39,383 nt of DNA from a virus: the IMG/VR virus record IMGVR_UViG_3300045988_059515, positions 1-39,383 of that record. One strand, written 5' to 3'. Position 1 is the first letter of the stretch. Every line of letters starts with the position of its first letter. The notes beneath the pieces are model-generated. The model did no database searches. It worked only from the letters and a program-made list of their open reading frames with translations, and was not told where the DNA came from. Made by a program: the position numbers and the translations under genes. Shown one piece after another: positions 1-8,637 of the stretch.

Positions 1-141
1 GAGATAATAGATGGCAAAACAAAAACTAGGAAAAGATTTTATGTTAAGTGGTACAGCTTGCTGGGCTCACACAGACAGCCCTGAGACATACGAGGGCAAT
101 GAAATTGGTTACTCTATCATGGTAAAGCTTGAGAGCGATGA
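1..141. repeat. Exact 141-bp terminal overlap, identical to 39243..39383; circular-assembly closure or collapsed terminal redundancy
   Basis: Read directly: gagataatagatggcaaaac...gagagcgatga occurs at both window ends, giving a genome unit of 39,242 bp. Confidence 0.95.
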
Positions 142-592
142 GAAAACTGAAGCATTCAAGAACGCACTTGAAGAGCTCTTTAATGAAGCAGAGGCTCAAT
201 TAGACAAGAAAGTAAATCGTAAAGTACCTATCAACTTAGCAGTTAAAGAGGACAAAGAGTATGGTGAGTGCTTTAAAGCTAAAACAAAGCATGAATTTAA
301 AGACCGAGTAACAGGTGAACTTGTCAAACGCACATTGCGTGTATTCGACAAATATGGCGACCCATTACCTAAAGGCACAAAGATTGGTAATGGCTCTAAA
401 GTCAAAGTAAAAGTAACAGCAGATCCATACATCATGAGCTCTAAGAACTACGGCATTACACTACGCTTAAATGCAGTCATGGTAGAAGAACTTAAAGAGT
501 ACACTGGCGGTGGTTCTACAGCAGAAAGCTTCGGTTTTGAAGTAGCAGAAAAGCCTGACAATGACATCGACGATGAAGCAGTAGAGTGGTAA
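11..592 (+). CDS. ssDNA-binding protein, T7 gp2.5-like
   Basis: ATG 7 nt after a GGAG SD. It sits immediately upstream of endonuclease I, as in T7. Acidic C-terminal tail ends in an aromatic residue (DNDIDDEAVEW), a gp2.5-family hallmark. Confidence 0.7.
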   Translation: MAKQKLGKDFMLSGTACWAHTDSPETYEGNEIGYSIMVKLESDEKTEAFKNALEELFNEAEAQLDKKVNRKVPINLAVKEDKEYGECFKAKTKHEFKDRVTGELVKRTLRVFDKYGDPLPKGTKIGNGSKVKVKVTADPYIMSSKNYGITLRLNAVMVEELKEYTGGGSTAESFGFEVAEKPDNDIDDEAVEW

Positions 593-595
593 CAA

Positions 596-1024
596 ATGGC
601 TAAGGGCTGGACTTTTAGTCGCTTAGGAGGCTTTAAAAAGCGTACCGACAAGAGTACTAGAAGTGGCTTTGAGAGCAAGGTAAAAGCTAACCTTGAGAAA
701 GCTAAGGTACCCTTTGAGTATGAAACACTGAGGGTACCATACACGACCACTCACTACTATAAGCCTGACTTTATATTGACGAATGGAATTATTGTCGAAG
801 CCAAAGGGCTATTCCTACCTGAGGACAGAAGTAAGCACTTAGCAATCAAGAAGCAACACCCTGAGCTAGACATTCGGTTTCTATTTATGAGAGACAACTA
901 TATCAGTAATAAGACAAAAGCTAATAAGTACAGTGATTGGTGCAAAAAGAATGACTTTAAGTATCATATCGGTACAGCAATACCTAAGAAATGGATAGAA
1001 GAGAAAGGAGGTAAAACGAATTAA
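596..1024 (+). CDS. Endonuclease I (T7 gp3-like Holliday junction resolvase)
   Basis: Motif FEYE...VPY...YKPDFIL.NGIIVEAKG matches the T7 endonuclease I core (FEYE..VPY..YTPDFLLPNGIFVETKG); syntenic position. Confidence 0.85.
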   Translation: MAKGWTFSRLGGFKKRTDKSTRSGFESKVKANLEKAKVPFEYETLRVPYTTTHYYKPDFILTNGIIVEAKGLFLPEDRSKHLAIKKQHPELDIRFLFMRDNYISNKTKANKYSDWCKKNDFKYHIGTAIPKKWIEEKGGKTN

Positions 1025-1112
1025 AACATACGGAAAACTTAAAGAACGTAAAGAAACAAAATACATTAAAGTAACGCAGTACGCATTACACGACAAAGAC
1101 CCTCAAGTAATC

Positions 1113-1346
1113 TTGAGAAACAGTCAAAAAGCAGGCTACCTGTTCTTCCCTCACCACTACTTAATCACAGCAGATGGGACAGTCAATAAGTTCCGACCTG
1201 AGGAAGCAGTAGCATTCGGTGAGATGGACAATTATGACACTACTATTAGTGTTCTATCTGACATCACTGAAGAAGCTCAAGCCAGCTTAGAAGTCGTGCT
1301 CAATGCGTTGCGAGAGCAATATAAAGGAGTTGAAGTCATTGAGTGA
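1113..1346 (+). CDS. Truncated, zinc-ligand-less T7 lysozyme (gp3.5, amidase_2) homolog; homology extends upstream to about 1020
   Basis: HHYLITADGTVNKFRPEEAVAFGEMDNYDTTISV aligns with T7 lysozyme GYHFIIKRDGTVEAGRDEMAVGSHAKGYNHNSIGV. ITEEAQASLEVVLNALREQYKG aligns with FTPAQMQSLRSLLVTLLAKYEG. The frame is open from 999 and a GGAGG SD lies 8 nt before an in-frame ATT at 1020. Confidence 0.55.
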   Translation: MRNSQKAGYLFFPHHYLITADGTVNKFRPEEAVAFGEMDNYDTTISVLSDITEEAQASLEVVLNALREQYKGVEVIE

Positions 1347-1560
1347 TACACGAGACGAGCTAAAGGAATACGAGTGCATGATGGACAGAAAGCATAAAGC
1401 CATCACAGTATATGCTAAGCAAGTTAAGTACTTTGAAGTCGAGCTTGAGAATGTCTCAGAGAATGAAGCTATAGAGCAAGCAAAAACTCAGATTAATTGT
1501 CGAGACATAGAAGCAGACGATGAAGAAGTACTGATTGACGACATGGATATCCATGAATAG
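1303..1560 (+). CDS. Hypothetical small acidic protein (alternative start ATG 1378)
   Basis: ORF track; lies between the lysozyme-like gene and primase; weak SD for either start. Confidence 0.4.
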   Translation: MRCESNIKELKSLSDTRDELKEYECMMDRKHKAITVYAKQVKYFEVELENVSENEAIEQAKTQINCRDIEADDEEVLIDDMDIHE

Positions 1561-3178
1561 CACATCAGAAATTCTCAATGCTCATCTTCCGTGCCCTGAT
1601 TGTGGCTCATCTGACGCACTCACAGAGTACACTGACGGACACACTTATTGCTTCTCTTGTGAAACACATCATAATCACAACGAGGGGAAGCCTAAGACAA
1701 CTGACCACTCATTCATAAGTGATATGACATTAAAGCCTTTGAAAGCTAGAGGTATCACTGAGAGCACCTGTAGGAAATATCAGTACTACTATACGAACTA
1801 CAAAGGACAGCCTTGCCAAGTCGCTAATTACTTTGATGAGTACGGAACTCTTGTCGGACAAAAGCTACGCTTTAAAGACAAGTCATTCGCTATCAAAGGA
1901 AAGCTCAGTACTACATTCTTTGGACAGCAACTATACAACAATGGAGTACGACTAATTATCACTGAGGGCGAGATTGATTGTCTAACAGTTAGCCAACTAC
2001 TGGGAAATCAAGAGCCAGTGGTGAGTATTCCATGCGGAGTACAGAGTGCACGCAAGGTATTTGAAGCTAATCTAAAGTGGCTTGAGGGCTTCAATGAGGT
2101 AGTCGTAGTATTCGACAATGATGAGGCAGGACGCAAAGGAGCTCAAGATATAGAGGGCATTTTGTCTCCTGACAAGCTCCGTATAGCTACACTCAAGCAG
2201 TACAAAGATCCTAACGAGTATTACTTAGCGGACAAAGGTAATGAGCTTTTAGAAGCCTTAGAGAACGCTAAGAGAGTAACACCTGAAAACATTATCAATG
2301 CTAACACACTACTTGATGACCTCTTAGAAGAACCTGAAGAAGTAACTGGCTACGGACTTCCGTGGAATGTTAAAGCCGACAAAATGATACAAGGAGTACG
2401 CAAAGGTGAAATCACAATGCTAACTGCTGGTACTGGCATAGGTAAATCTACGATGATCCGAGAGCTAGGATACCACTTAGTCATGAAGCATGGCTTAAAG
2501 ATAGGCTCAATGATGTTAGAGGAGAACGTCCTTAGGACTTCTAAAGGCTACATCGGTTTATACCTAAACAAGCCAATACACCTTAGTCGTAAAGGAATAT
2601 CTAATGAGAAGTTTACAGAAGCCTTTACGAATACTTTAGGCACAGGCAATTTCATAATGTATAACCACTTTGGTAGTTTAGACAATAACTCAATACTAAA
2701 GGGAATACGCTACATGGCTGTAACTGAGAAGTGTGATTTTATTCTCATAGACCATATCAGTATAGCCGTAAGTGGCATTGAGAGTAACAATGAGCGAAAG
2801 CTAATTGATATACTTATGACACGCTTAAGACAGCTTTGTGAGGAGCTAGGAGTAGGACTTATCTGTATTTGTCATCTTAAACGAGGAGATGGCAAGAAGA
2901 GTGCTGAAGAGGGCGGAAGCATTTCTCTTGAGGACTTGCGAGGTAGCCAAGCAATAGCTCAGTTGTCGGACACAATTATAGCACTAGAGCGTAACCAACA
3001 AGCCGATAGCGACGTTAAGAAAAACCTAGTGCAAATTCGAGTATTAAAATGTCGACAAACAGGGGATACAGGAATAGGAGGAAAACTTTGGTTTAACAAA
3101 GAGAAGAACCGCCTAGAAGTTCCTGACGCAGACCTATTGAACGACATAGAAAGAGATGAAGAGGTACCTGAATTTTGA
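1535..3178 (+). CDS. Bifunctional DNA primase/helicase (T7 gp4-like); the ATG at 1553 may be the true start
   Basis: N-terminal Cys4 zinc ribbon (CPDCGSSD...HTYCFSC), TOPRIM (ITEGEIDC, VFDNDEAG), Walker A (GTGIGKST), DnaB-type helicase motifs. Confidence 0.92.
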   Translation: MTTWISMNSTSEILNAHLPCPDCGSSDALTEYTDGHTYCFSCETHHNHNEGKPKTTDHSFISDMTLKPLKARGITESTCRKYQYYYTNYKGQPCQVANYFDEYGTLVGQKLRFKDKSFAIKGKLSTTFFGQQLYNNGVRLIITEGEIDCLTVSQLLGNQEPVVSIPCGVQSARKVFEANLKWLEGFNEVVVVFDNDEAGRKGAQDIEGILSPDKLRIATLKQYKDPNEYYLADKGNELLEALENAKRVTPENIINANTLLDDLLEEPEEVTGYGLPWNVKADKMIQGVRKGEITMLTAGTGIGKSTMIRELGYHLVMKHGLKIGSMMLEENVLRTSKGYIGLYLNKPIHLSRKGISNEKFTEAFTNTLGTGNFIMYNHFGSLDNNSILKGIRYMAVTEKCDFILIDHISIAVSGIESNNERKLIDILMTRLRQLCEELGVGLICICHLKRGDGKKSAEEGGSISLEDLRGSQAIAQLSDTIIALERNQQADSDVKKNLVQIRVLKCRQTGDTGIGGKLWFNKEKNRLEVPDADLLNDIERDEEVPEF

Positions 3179-3195
3179 CAAAAACTGATGAGTAC

Positions 3196-3336
3196 ATGGA
3201 GTGGCTAGAGTACAAAGTGCAGGAGGCTAAAGATGAAATGAAAGAAGCCTTATCGCACCTAGACCACGACAGAGCTCAGATTAAATATGTAACTCTATTG
3301 AAAACCTATAACAAAGCTAAGGAGTTATCACTATGA
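3196..3336 (+). CDS. Small hypothetical ORF (46 aa), below the track cutoff
   Basis: Hand-translated MEWLEYKVQEAKDEMKEALSHLDHDRAQIKYVTLLKTYNKAKELSL. Its stop overlaps the nrdG ATG (ATGA). An internal AGGAGG at 3221 could instead drive a 32-aa product from ATG 3238. Confidence 0.3.
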   Translation: MEWLEYKVQEAKDEMKEALSHLDHDRAQIKYVTLLKTYNKAKELSL

Positions 3337-3812
3337 AAATTCCAGTGATGGGTAAAGGAGTAACACTAACAGAACTACCTAATGAAATTGCAGTATTCTT
3401 TGAGATTGGTAATTGTCTACAGCATTGCGAGGGTTGTCATAGTCCTGAACTTTGGACAGATGAGGGAGCCCAATGGATCACTGTAGATGACCTAAAGAAA
3501 TACATTAAGTCTCAAAGAGGTATCACCGCAGTTGTATTCATGGGCGGTACGACAAACTATGGTATTGACCCTGAAGAGTTCCTTGAGAAAATCGTAAAGC
3601 CTATCTCTAAGGACTATCCAGTAGGACTTTATCATGGTTGTATTGACTTCCCTTATAGCCGTGAGGACTTAACATGGCTAAAAGTAGGAAGATACATTGA
3701 ATGTCAAGGAGGCTTAGCAAGCCCTACGACAAATCAAAAAATGTTTTACAAATTGCCTAATGGCGAATGGACAAATATTACATCATTTTTCACTAAGGAG
3801 ACTAATGGCTAA
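3333..3812 (+). CDS. nrdG: Anaerobic ribonucleotide reductase activating protein (radical SAM)
   Basis: CxxxCxxC cluster motif (CLQHCEGC); immediately upstream of and overlapping nrdD. Confidence 0.8.
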   Translation: MKIPVMGKGVTLTELPNEIAVFFEIGNCLQHCEGCHSPELWTDEGAQWITVDDLKKYIKSQRGITAVVFMGGTTNYGIDPEEFLEKIVKPISKDYPVGLYHGCIDFPYSREDLTWLKVGRYIECQGGLASPTTNQKMFYKLPNGEWTNITSFFTKETNG

Positions 3813-5619
3813 ACAACTTTTAAATAAACTGACAGACGACCAAATTCAAACAAAGGTCAACTTTATTCAAAACTACATGAGCTCTTTCAATACAGCTGAC
3901 GGCTCTATTGTCGACCCTAACAGTAATGTCGATGGTAAAAACATCGGTATCCTTGAAAGTGAGCTATACAAGTTCGAGACAATTCAAATCAATCGAGCAA
4001 TGGTAGAGGATAAGTTGACTAAAATGTTCGGTAGTGAGTACGCTCACCAATACGAACAAGACATCAAGAACCATCTTATCTACATTCACGATGAGACTTC
4101 TTTACGACCATACTGTGCAAGTATTAATATGTTCCCTTATTTATTCGAGGGCACTAAACCACTAGGCGGTACATCGACAGCTCCTACAAATCTACAGTCA
4201 TTCTGTGGTAGCTTCGTAAATCTTGTCTATCAAGTAGCCAGTGGCTTCGCTGGTGCTATTGCTACAGTCGAGTTCTTAATGTACTTCGACCACTTTGCAC
4301 GAAAGACATACGGAGACAACTACTTAGAGACAAATGCTAAAGAGGTTGCTCAAGAACTACAAGGTGTAGTCTATGCAATCAATCAGCCAGCCAGTGCACG
4401 AGGCAATCAAAGTGTATTCTGGAATATCTCAGTATTCGATAAGTACTACTTCGAGAGTGTGTTTGGAGCATTTACGTTCCCTGATGGCGACAAAGCGAAC
4501 TACACGAGCATTGCTAAACTACAGGACTTCTTTATGAACTGGTTTAGAGAAGAACGAGAGAAAGAACTATTGACGTATCCAGTACTCACCAGTGCAGTAC
4601 TTGTCGACAAAGAAACAGGCAAGCCTAAAGATGATGAGTTCGCCCATATGTTAGCTAAACACATGAGCAAAGGTTTATCATTCTTTGTCTACCAAAGCGA
4701 AAGTGCAGACAGCTTAGCAAGTTGTTGTCGACTACGCAATGAGCTTGCAGACAATACCTTTAGTTACACTTTAGGTGCAGGCGGTGTATCCACTGGCAGT
4801 GTACAGGTTATCACTATCAATATGAACCGCTTCCTACAGAAGCACCATAGAGGTGTATACGCATTCCCTGATTTAATCAAGCGAGTACAAAAGTATCTTA
4901 TGGCTCATCGAGCAGTCATTGAGGACTACCTAAAGGCAGGCTTATTGCCAGCTTATAGTGCAGGCTTTATCAGCTTAGACAAACAATTCTGTACTATTGG
5001 TATCAATGGTATGCTTGAGGGCATGGAGTTTTTACGAGTAGACCCAGTGAAAGATCCTGACTTGTACATCAAGACAGTTAGTGGCTTCTTAAACCAAATC
5101 TACACGCTAAACAAAGAAGCCTATAAGGACTACAAAGTTCGCTTTAATACTGAGTTCGTCCCAGCGGAAAACTTAGGTGTTAAAAATGCTAAGTGGGACA
5201 AAGAGGACGGCATTAAGACAAAGCGAGACTGCTATAATTCCTACTTCTACCCTGTAGAGAATACGGACATGACTATCCTTGACCGACTAAAACTACACGG
5301 CAAAGACATGGTTAAGTATCTTGATGGTGGCTCAGCTTGTCATCTTAATATCGCTCAGTTATTGACTGAAGAGCAAGCCTACAAACTCTTATGCTTAGCT
5401 GGTGAGTATGGCTGTAATTACTGGACATTTAATTGTCTTGTAACCATCTGTGATAACTGCGGTTTTATTAATGTAAACACTGAAGATCATTGCATTAAGT
5501 GCGGTGAGAAAGAAAAGATTGATTATGGCACACGAGTAATTGGCTACTTAAGACGAGTTAGTAACTACTCAGAGGGCAGACGTAAAGAACACGCTTTACG
5601 GAATTACATGAAGAAATAG
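3805..5619 (+). CDS. nrdD: Anaerobic ribonucleoside-triphosphate reductase (class III)
   Basis: C-terminal Zn ribbon (CDNCGF...CIKCGE) followed by a glycyl-radical motif (RVIGYLRR). The ATG at 3805 follows AAGGAG and overlaps the nrdG stop, so the track start at 3760 is probably an upstream extension. Confidence 0.88.
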   Translation: MAKQLLNKLTDDQIQTKVNFIQNYMSSFNTADGSIVDPNSNVDGKNIGILESELYKFETIQINRAMVEDKLTKMFGSEYAHQYEQDIKNHLIYIHDETSLRPYCASINMFPYLFEGTKPLGGTSTAPTNLQSFCGSFVNLVYQVASGFAGAIATVEFLMYFDHFARKTYGDNYLETNAKEVAQELQGVVYAINQPASARGNQSVFWNISVFDKYYFESVFGAFTFPDGDKANYTSIAKLQDFFMNWFREEREKELLTYPVLTSAVLVDKETGKPKDDEFAHMLAKHMSKGLSFFVYQSESADSLASCCRLRNELADNTFSYTLGAGGVSTGSVQVITINMNRFLQKHHRGVYAFPDLIKRVQKYLMAHRAVIEDYLKAGLLPAYSAGFISLDKQFCTIGINGMLEGMEFLRVDPVKDPDLYIKTVSGFLNQIYTLNKEAYKDYKVRFNTEFVPAENLGVKNAKWDKEDGIKTKRDCYNSYFYPVENTDMTILDRLKLHGKDMVKYLDGGSACHLNIAQLLTEEQAYKLLCLAGEYGCNYWTFNCLVTICDNCGFINVNTEDHCIKCGEKEKIDYGTRVIGYLRRVSNYSEGRRKEHALRNYMKK

Positions 5620-5636
5620 AAAGGAGACTGTACACC

Positions 5637-5816
5637 ATGCTATTAAAAATCTTATTTAAACTAGAAGCTATATCTATTGAGTTCCAAGCGTGGCTACGTT
5701 TGAAACAAAAGCAACAAATTGAAAAACTAATTGAGGAGAACGAGAGCGACATAGCGGAGTTGAAAACACAAAACAGCTACCTTAAAGGGCTCTTAAAGAA
5801 CTATGCTGGTATTTGA
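5637..5816 (+). CDS. Small hypothetical coiled-coil protein (59 aa), below the track cutoff
   Basis: ATG 8 nt after GAAAGGAGA. Hand-translated MLLKILFKLEAISIEFQAWLRLKQKQQIEKLIEENESDIAELKTQNSYLKGLLKNYAGI. The stop overlaps the DNA polymerase start by 14 nt. Confidence 0.5.
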   Translation: MLLKILFKLEAISIEFQAWLRLKQKQQIEKLIEENESDIAELKTQNSYLKGLLKNYAGI

Positions 5817-7677
5817 TATTGAAACAAACGGACTTCTTGACACTGTAACCAAAGTGCACTGTATGGTAGTCTACGACACTGAAACAGAAGAGTACTTTGA
5901 GTATAGACCTAATGAGATTGAGCAAGGTGTACAGAAACTTTTACAAGCCGACAAAATATGCGGACACAATGTTATAGCGTTTGACGTTCCATGCTTAGAG
6001 AAGCTCTATGGAGTTAAATTTGAGCATGAAAAGGTAATAGACACGCTAATACTAGCACGACTTGTCTACTCAAACATTAAAGATGTAGACATCGGACTAA
6101 TGAGAAAAGGAGTACTACCTAAGAAACTCTATGGACGCTATAGTTTACAAGCCTTTGGTTATCGCTTAGGAGAACTCAAAGGTACCTACAGCGAGGACAA
6201 TGAGGACGCATGGGCTTGCTTTAATGAGGAAATGTTAGCCTACAACAAGCAGGACGTAGTAGTTACCTATAAGCTATACAACAAACTTGTCGATAAGGGT
6301 TTTACAGAACACGCTTCTATGATTGAACACAAAGCTCAATGGTTAATGCAGAAGCAAGAACGAAATGGCTTCCCATTCGACAAACAAAAAGCAATGAAAC
6401 TTGAGGTAGACTTAAGGAAAGAACTAGAGCGTATCACTACTGAGCTCACTCAATATGTACCACCAATTCCTGACCGCATATTCATTCCTAAGAGAGACAA
6501 TAAGCGACTAGGGTATAAAGCTGGTGTTCCTGTACAGAAATACAAAGAGTTTAAAATCAATTCACGAGACCAACTCAAGTATATCTTAGGCACTCACTTT
6601 GGTTACAAATGGTTAGAAACAATGTTTGAAATCGAGACAGATGAGGACGGAGAGGAAATCAATAGAAAACTAAAGTTAGACGAAGAGAGCCTACAGGAAA
6701 TCATCAATGATCCTAAGGCAAGCGATGAGGTGCGTCATATTGCTAAGCTCTACAGCACTGCATTTATGTTGTCGAAACGATTAGGACAACTTGCAGATGG
6801 CAATCAAGCATGGCTCAAGCTCTTAGGAGATGACAATAGAATACATGGCAAGGTAAACCCTAATGGTGCAGTATCAGGGCGAGCTACTCATAGTAACCCT
6901 AATGTAGCTCAGGTACCTGCTATTGACAAACCCTATGGCTATCAATGTCGAGAGCTCTTTATGGCACCTAAGGGCTGGTATGAAGCTGGCATTGACTGCT
7001 CAGGTTTAGAATTACGTTGCTTAGCTCATTTCTTAGCACCATTCGACCACGGAGCATATGCACACGAGATACTCAATGGTGATATTCATACAGCTAACCA
7101 AATGAACGCAGGGCTTGAGACAAGAAACCAAGCAAAAACATTTATCTATGCGTTCCTCTATGGTGGCGGTAATGCAAAGATTGGTGAGATTGTCGGAGGA
7201 ACCGAAGAGGACGGCAAGAAACTCAAAGCTAAATTCTTAAAGAATACACCAGCAATCAAGAAGCTATCCAGTAGCATTAAGGATACCTTAGCTCCTTATG
7301 ATGTATCAGCAAGATGTCGCAGATATAAACGTAAGTGGCTAAAAGGACTTGACGGCAGAAAACTATATGTACGCTCATTGCATAGTGCATTGAACCTATT
7401 ATTGCAATCAGCAGGGGCTCTAATCTGTAAACGATGGACAACAAGAACAGAAGAGAGACTACAGGCACTGGGGCTTCAACATGACTGGGACGGAGATTAT
7501 TGTCTCATGGCATGGATCCACGATGAAATTCAAGTAGCTTGTAGAACTCAAGAGATAGCAGAAGTTGTCGTAAGAGAAGCTCAATTAGCAGTGCGAGACG
7601 TACAAGAAGAGTTTAAATTTAGAATTCAATTAGATACCGAGGGTAAAATCGGTAAGAACTGGGCGGAGTGTCATTAA
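5803..7677 (+). CDS. DNA polymerase, family A (T7 gp5-like)
   Basis: Exo I motif (FDIETNGL), motif B (RNQAKTFIYAFLYGGG), motif C (WIHDEIQV). Confidence 0.95.
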   Translation: MLVFDIETNGLLDTVTKVHCMVVYDTETEEYFEYRPNEIEQGVQKLLQADKICGHNVIAFDVPCLEKLYGVKFEHEKVIDTLILARLVYSNIKDVDIGLMRKGVLPKKLYGRYSLQAFGYRLGELKGTYSEDNEDAWACFNEEMLAYNKQDVVVTYKLYNKLVDKGFTEHASMIEHKAQWLMQKQERNGFPFDKQKAMKLEVDLRKELERITTELTQYVPPIPDRIFIPKRDNKRLGYKAGVPVQKYKEFKINSRDQLKYILGTHFGYKWLETMFEIETDEDGEEINRKLKLDEESLQEIINDPKASDEVRHIAKLYSTAFMLSKRLGQLADGNQAWLKLLGDDNRIHGKVNPNGAVSGRATHSNPNVAQVPAIDKPYGYQCRELFMAPKGWYEAGIDCSGLELRCLAHFLAPFDHGAYAHEILNGDIHTANQMNAGLETRNQAKTFIYAFLYGGGNAKIGEIVGGTEEDGKKLKAKFLKNTPAIKKLSSSIKDTLAPYDVSARCRRYKRKWLKGLDGRKLYVRSLHSALNLLLQSAGALICKRWTTRTEERLQALGLQHDWDGDYCLMAWIHDEIQVACRTQEIAEVVVREAQLAVRDVQEEFKFRIQLDTEGKIGKNWAECH

Positions 7678-7919
7678 TGAAATTAAACAAAGAATTACAA
7701 GAAGTACTTGCAGTTGTGCTTATTGATGAGCAATTAGGCGACTTAGTAGACGACTGGGGTATTACAAGATATTTACCTACTGAAGAACTCAAAAAGAAAA
7801 ATGAAGAGTTTTATTTATGCTTAGTGCAATACAAAGAACTACTAAACCAATGGGCTGAAAAGAACTTAGTCAGAGAGGAGACAGATGGCGACAAAGAAAA
7901 AGACAAAGCTACTGATTGA
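7677..7919 (+). CDS. Hypothetical protein (80 aa from ATG 7677; track start is GTG 7668)
   Basis: TAATG overlap with the polymerase stop; GGCGGAG SD 8 nt upstream. Confidence 0.55.
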   Translation: MKLNKELQEVLAVVLIDEQLGDLVDDWGITRYLPTEELKKKNEEFYLCLVQYKELLNQWAEKNLVREETDGDKEKDKATD

Positions 7920-8637
7920 CGCAGACATGATGATTTATCTAGCGTTGCAAAATACAGAAACTGAACATGACTGGGGAGATGGCTTTTACACTCTTAGTGC
8001 GTTCTTCCCTGACGCAACAATGAGCTTTGACAGTCATCTTGCAGAGCTAGTCCCTCTTGTCTTAGAGCACTGGGACATCGAGGGAGAGTACGAGATTATT
8101 ATGGCTATGACAGATCTCAAGGGTAACTTTAGAAAAGAGCTAAACCCTGAGTACAAAGCCAATCGTAAATCTAAGCGACGTCCTATGATGTTTATTCGTA
8201 TGCGAGAGTGGGTTAAAGAAAACTTTAATATCATGATGATTGATAATCTTGAAGCTGACGATTGCATAGGAATTAGTGCAGACAAGAACTCAATCATGAT
8301 TAGTGGAGACAAAGACTTTAGGAGTATTCCTTGTCGCTTCTATGACTTCTTGCGTAATGAGTTTTACGATACGACAAAAGAAGAAGCTCACTACTTTCAT
8401 ATGTATCAGACACTAATTGGAGATACCGCAGATAACTATAAAGGTTGCCCTAAGATTGGTGAGGTAAGAGCTAAGCGTTTACTTGATGAGGACTGCTCAT
8501 GGGAAGCTGTAGTAAGAGCTTATAAAGCCAATGGCAGTACTGAAGAGGAAGCATTGATGAACGCTAGATTATCATTTATTTTACAAAAAGGTTATTACAA
8601 TAAGAAAACTAAAGAGGTGAAGCTATGGACACCGTAG
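7885..8637 (+). CDS. 5'-3' exonuclease (T7 gp6-like, FEN/PIN family)
   Basis: LLIDADMMIY, ISGDKDF, and an H3TH-like IGDTADNYKGCPKIGEVRAKRLL; syntenic after the DNA polymerase. Confidence 0.85.
   Translation: MATKKKTKLLIDADMMIYLALQNTETEHDWGDGFYTLSAFFPDATMSFDSHLAELVPLVLEHWDIEGEYEIIMAMTDLKGNFRKELNPEYKANRKSKRRPMMFIRMREWVKENFNIMMIDNLEADDCIGISADKNSIMISGDKDFRSIPCRFYDFLRNEFYDTTKEEAHYFHMYQTLIGDTADNYKGCPKIGEVRAKRLLDEDCSWEAVVRAYKANGSTEEEALMNARLSFILQKGYYNKKTKEVKLWTP

Noticed and set aside
196-1096. Minus-strand ORFs 196..435, 448..750 and 881..1096
   Set aside because: They lie antisense inside well-supported + strand genes (SSB, endonuclease I), have no SD, and have odd S/L/F-rich composition. They are shadow ORFs.
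5558-5752. Minus-strand ORF in the nrdD to DNA polymerase gap
   Set aside because: It is antisense to an SD-preceded + strand 59-aa ORF and has no SD of its own.
7056-7074. Promoter-like ATATGCACACGAGATACTC inside the DNA polymerase gene
   Set aside because: It shares only CACGAGATA with the 22-nt consensus, the upstream half is 2 nt short and mismatched, and it lies inside a gene. It is probably chance.
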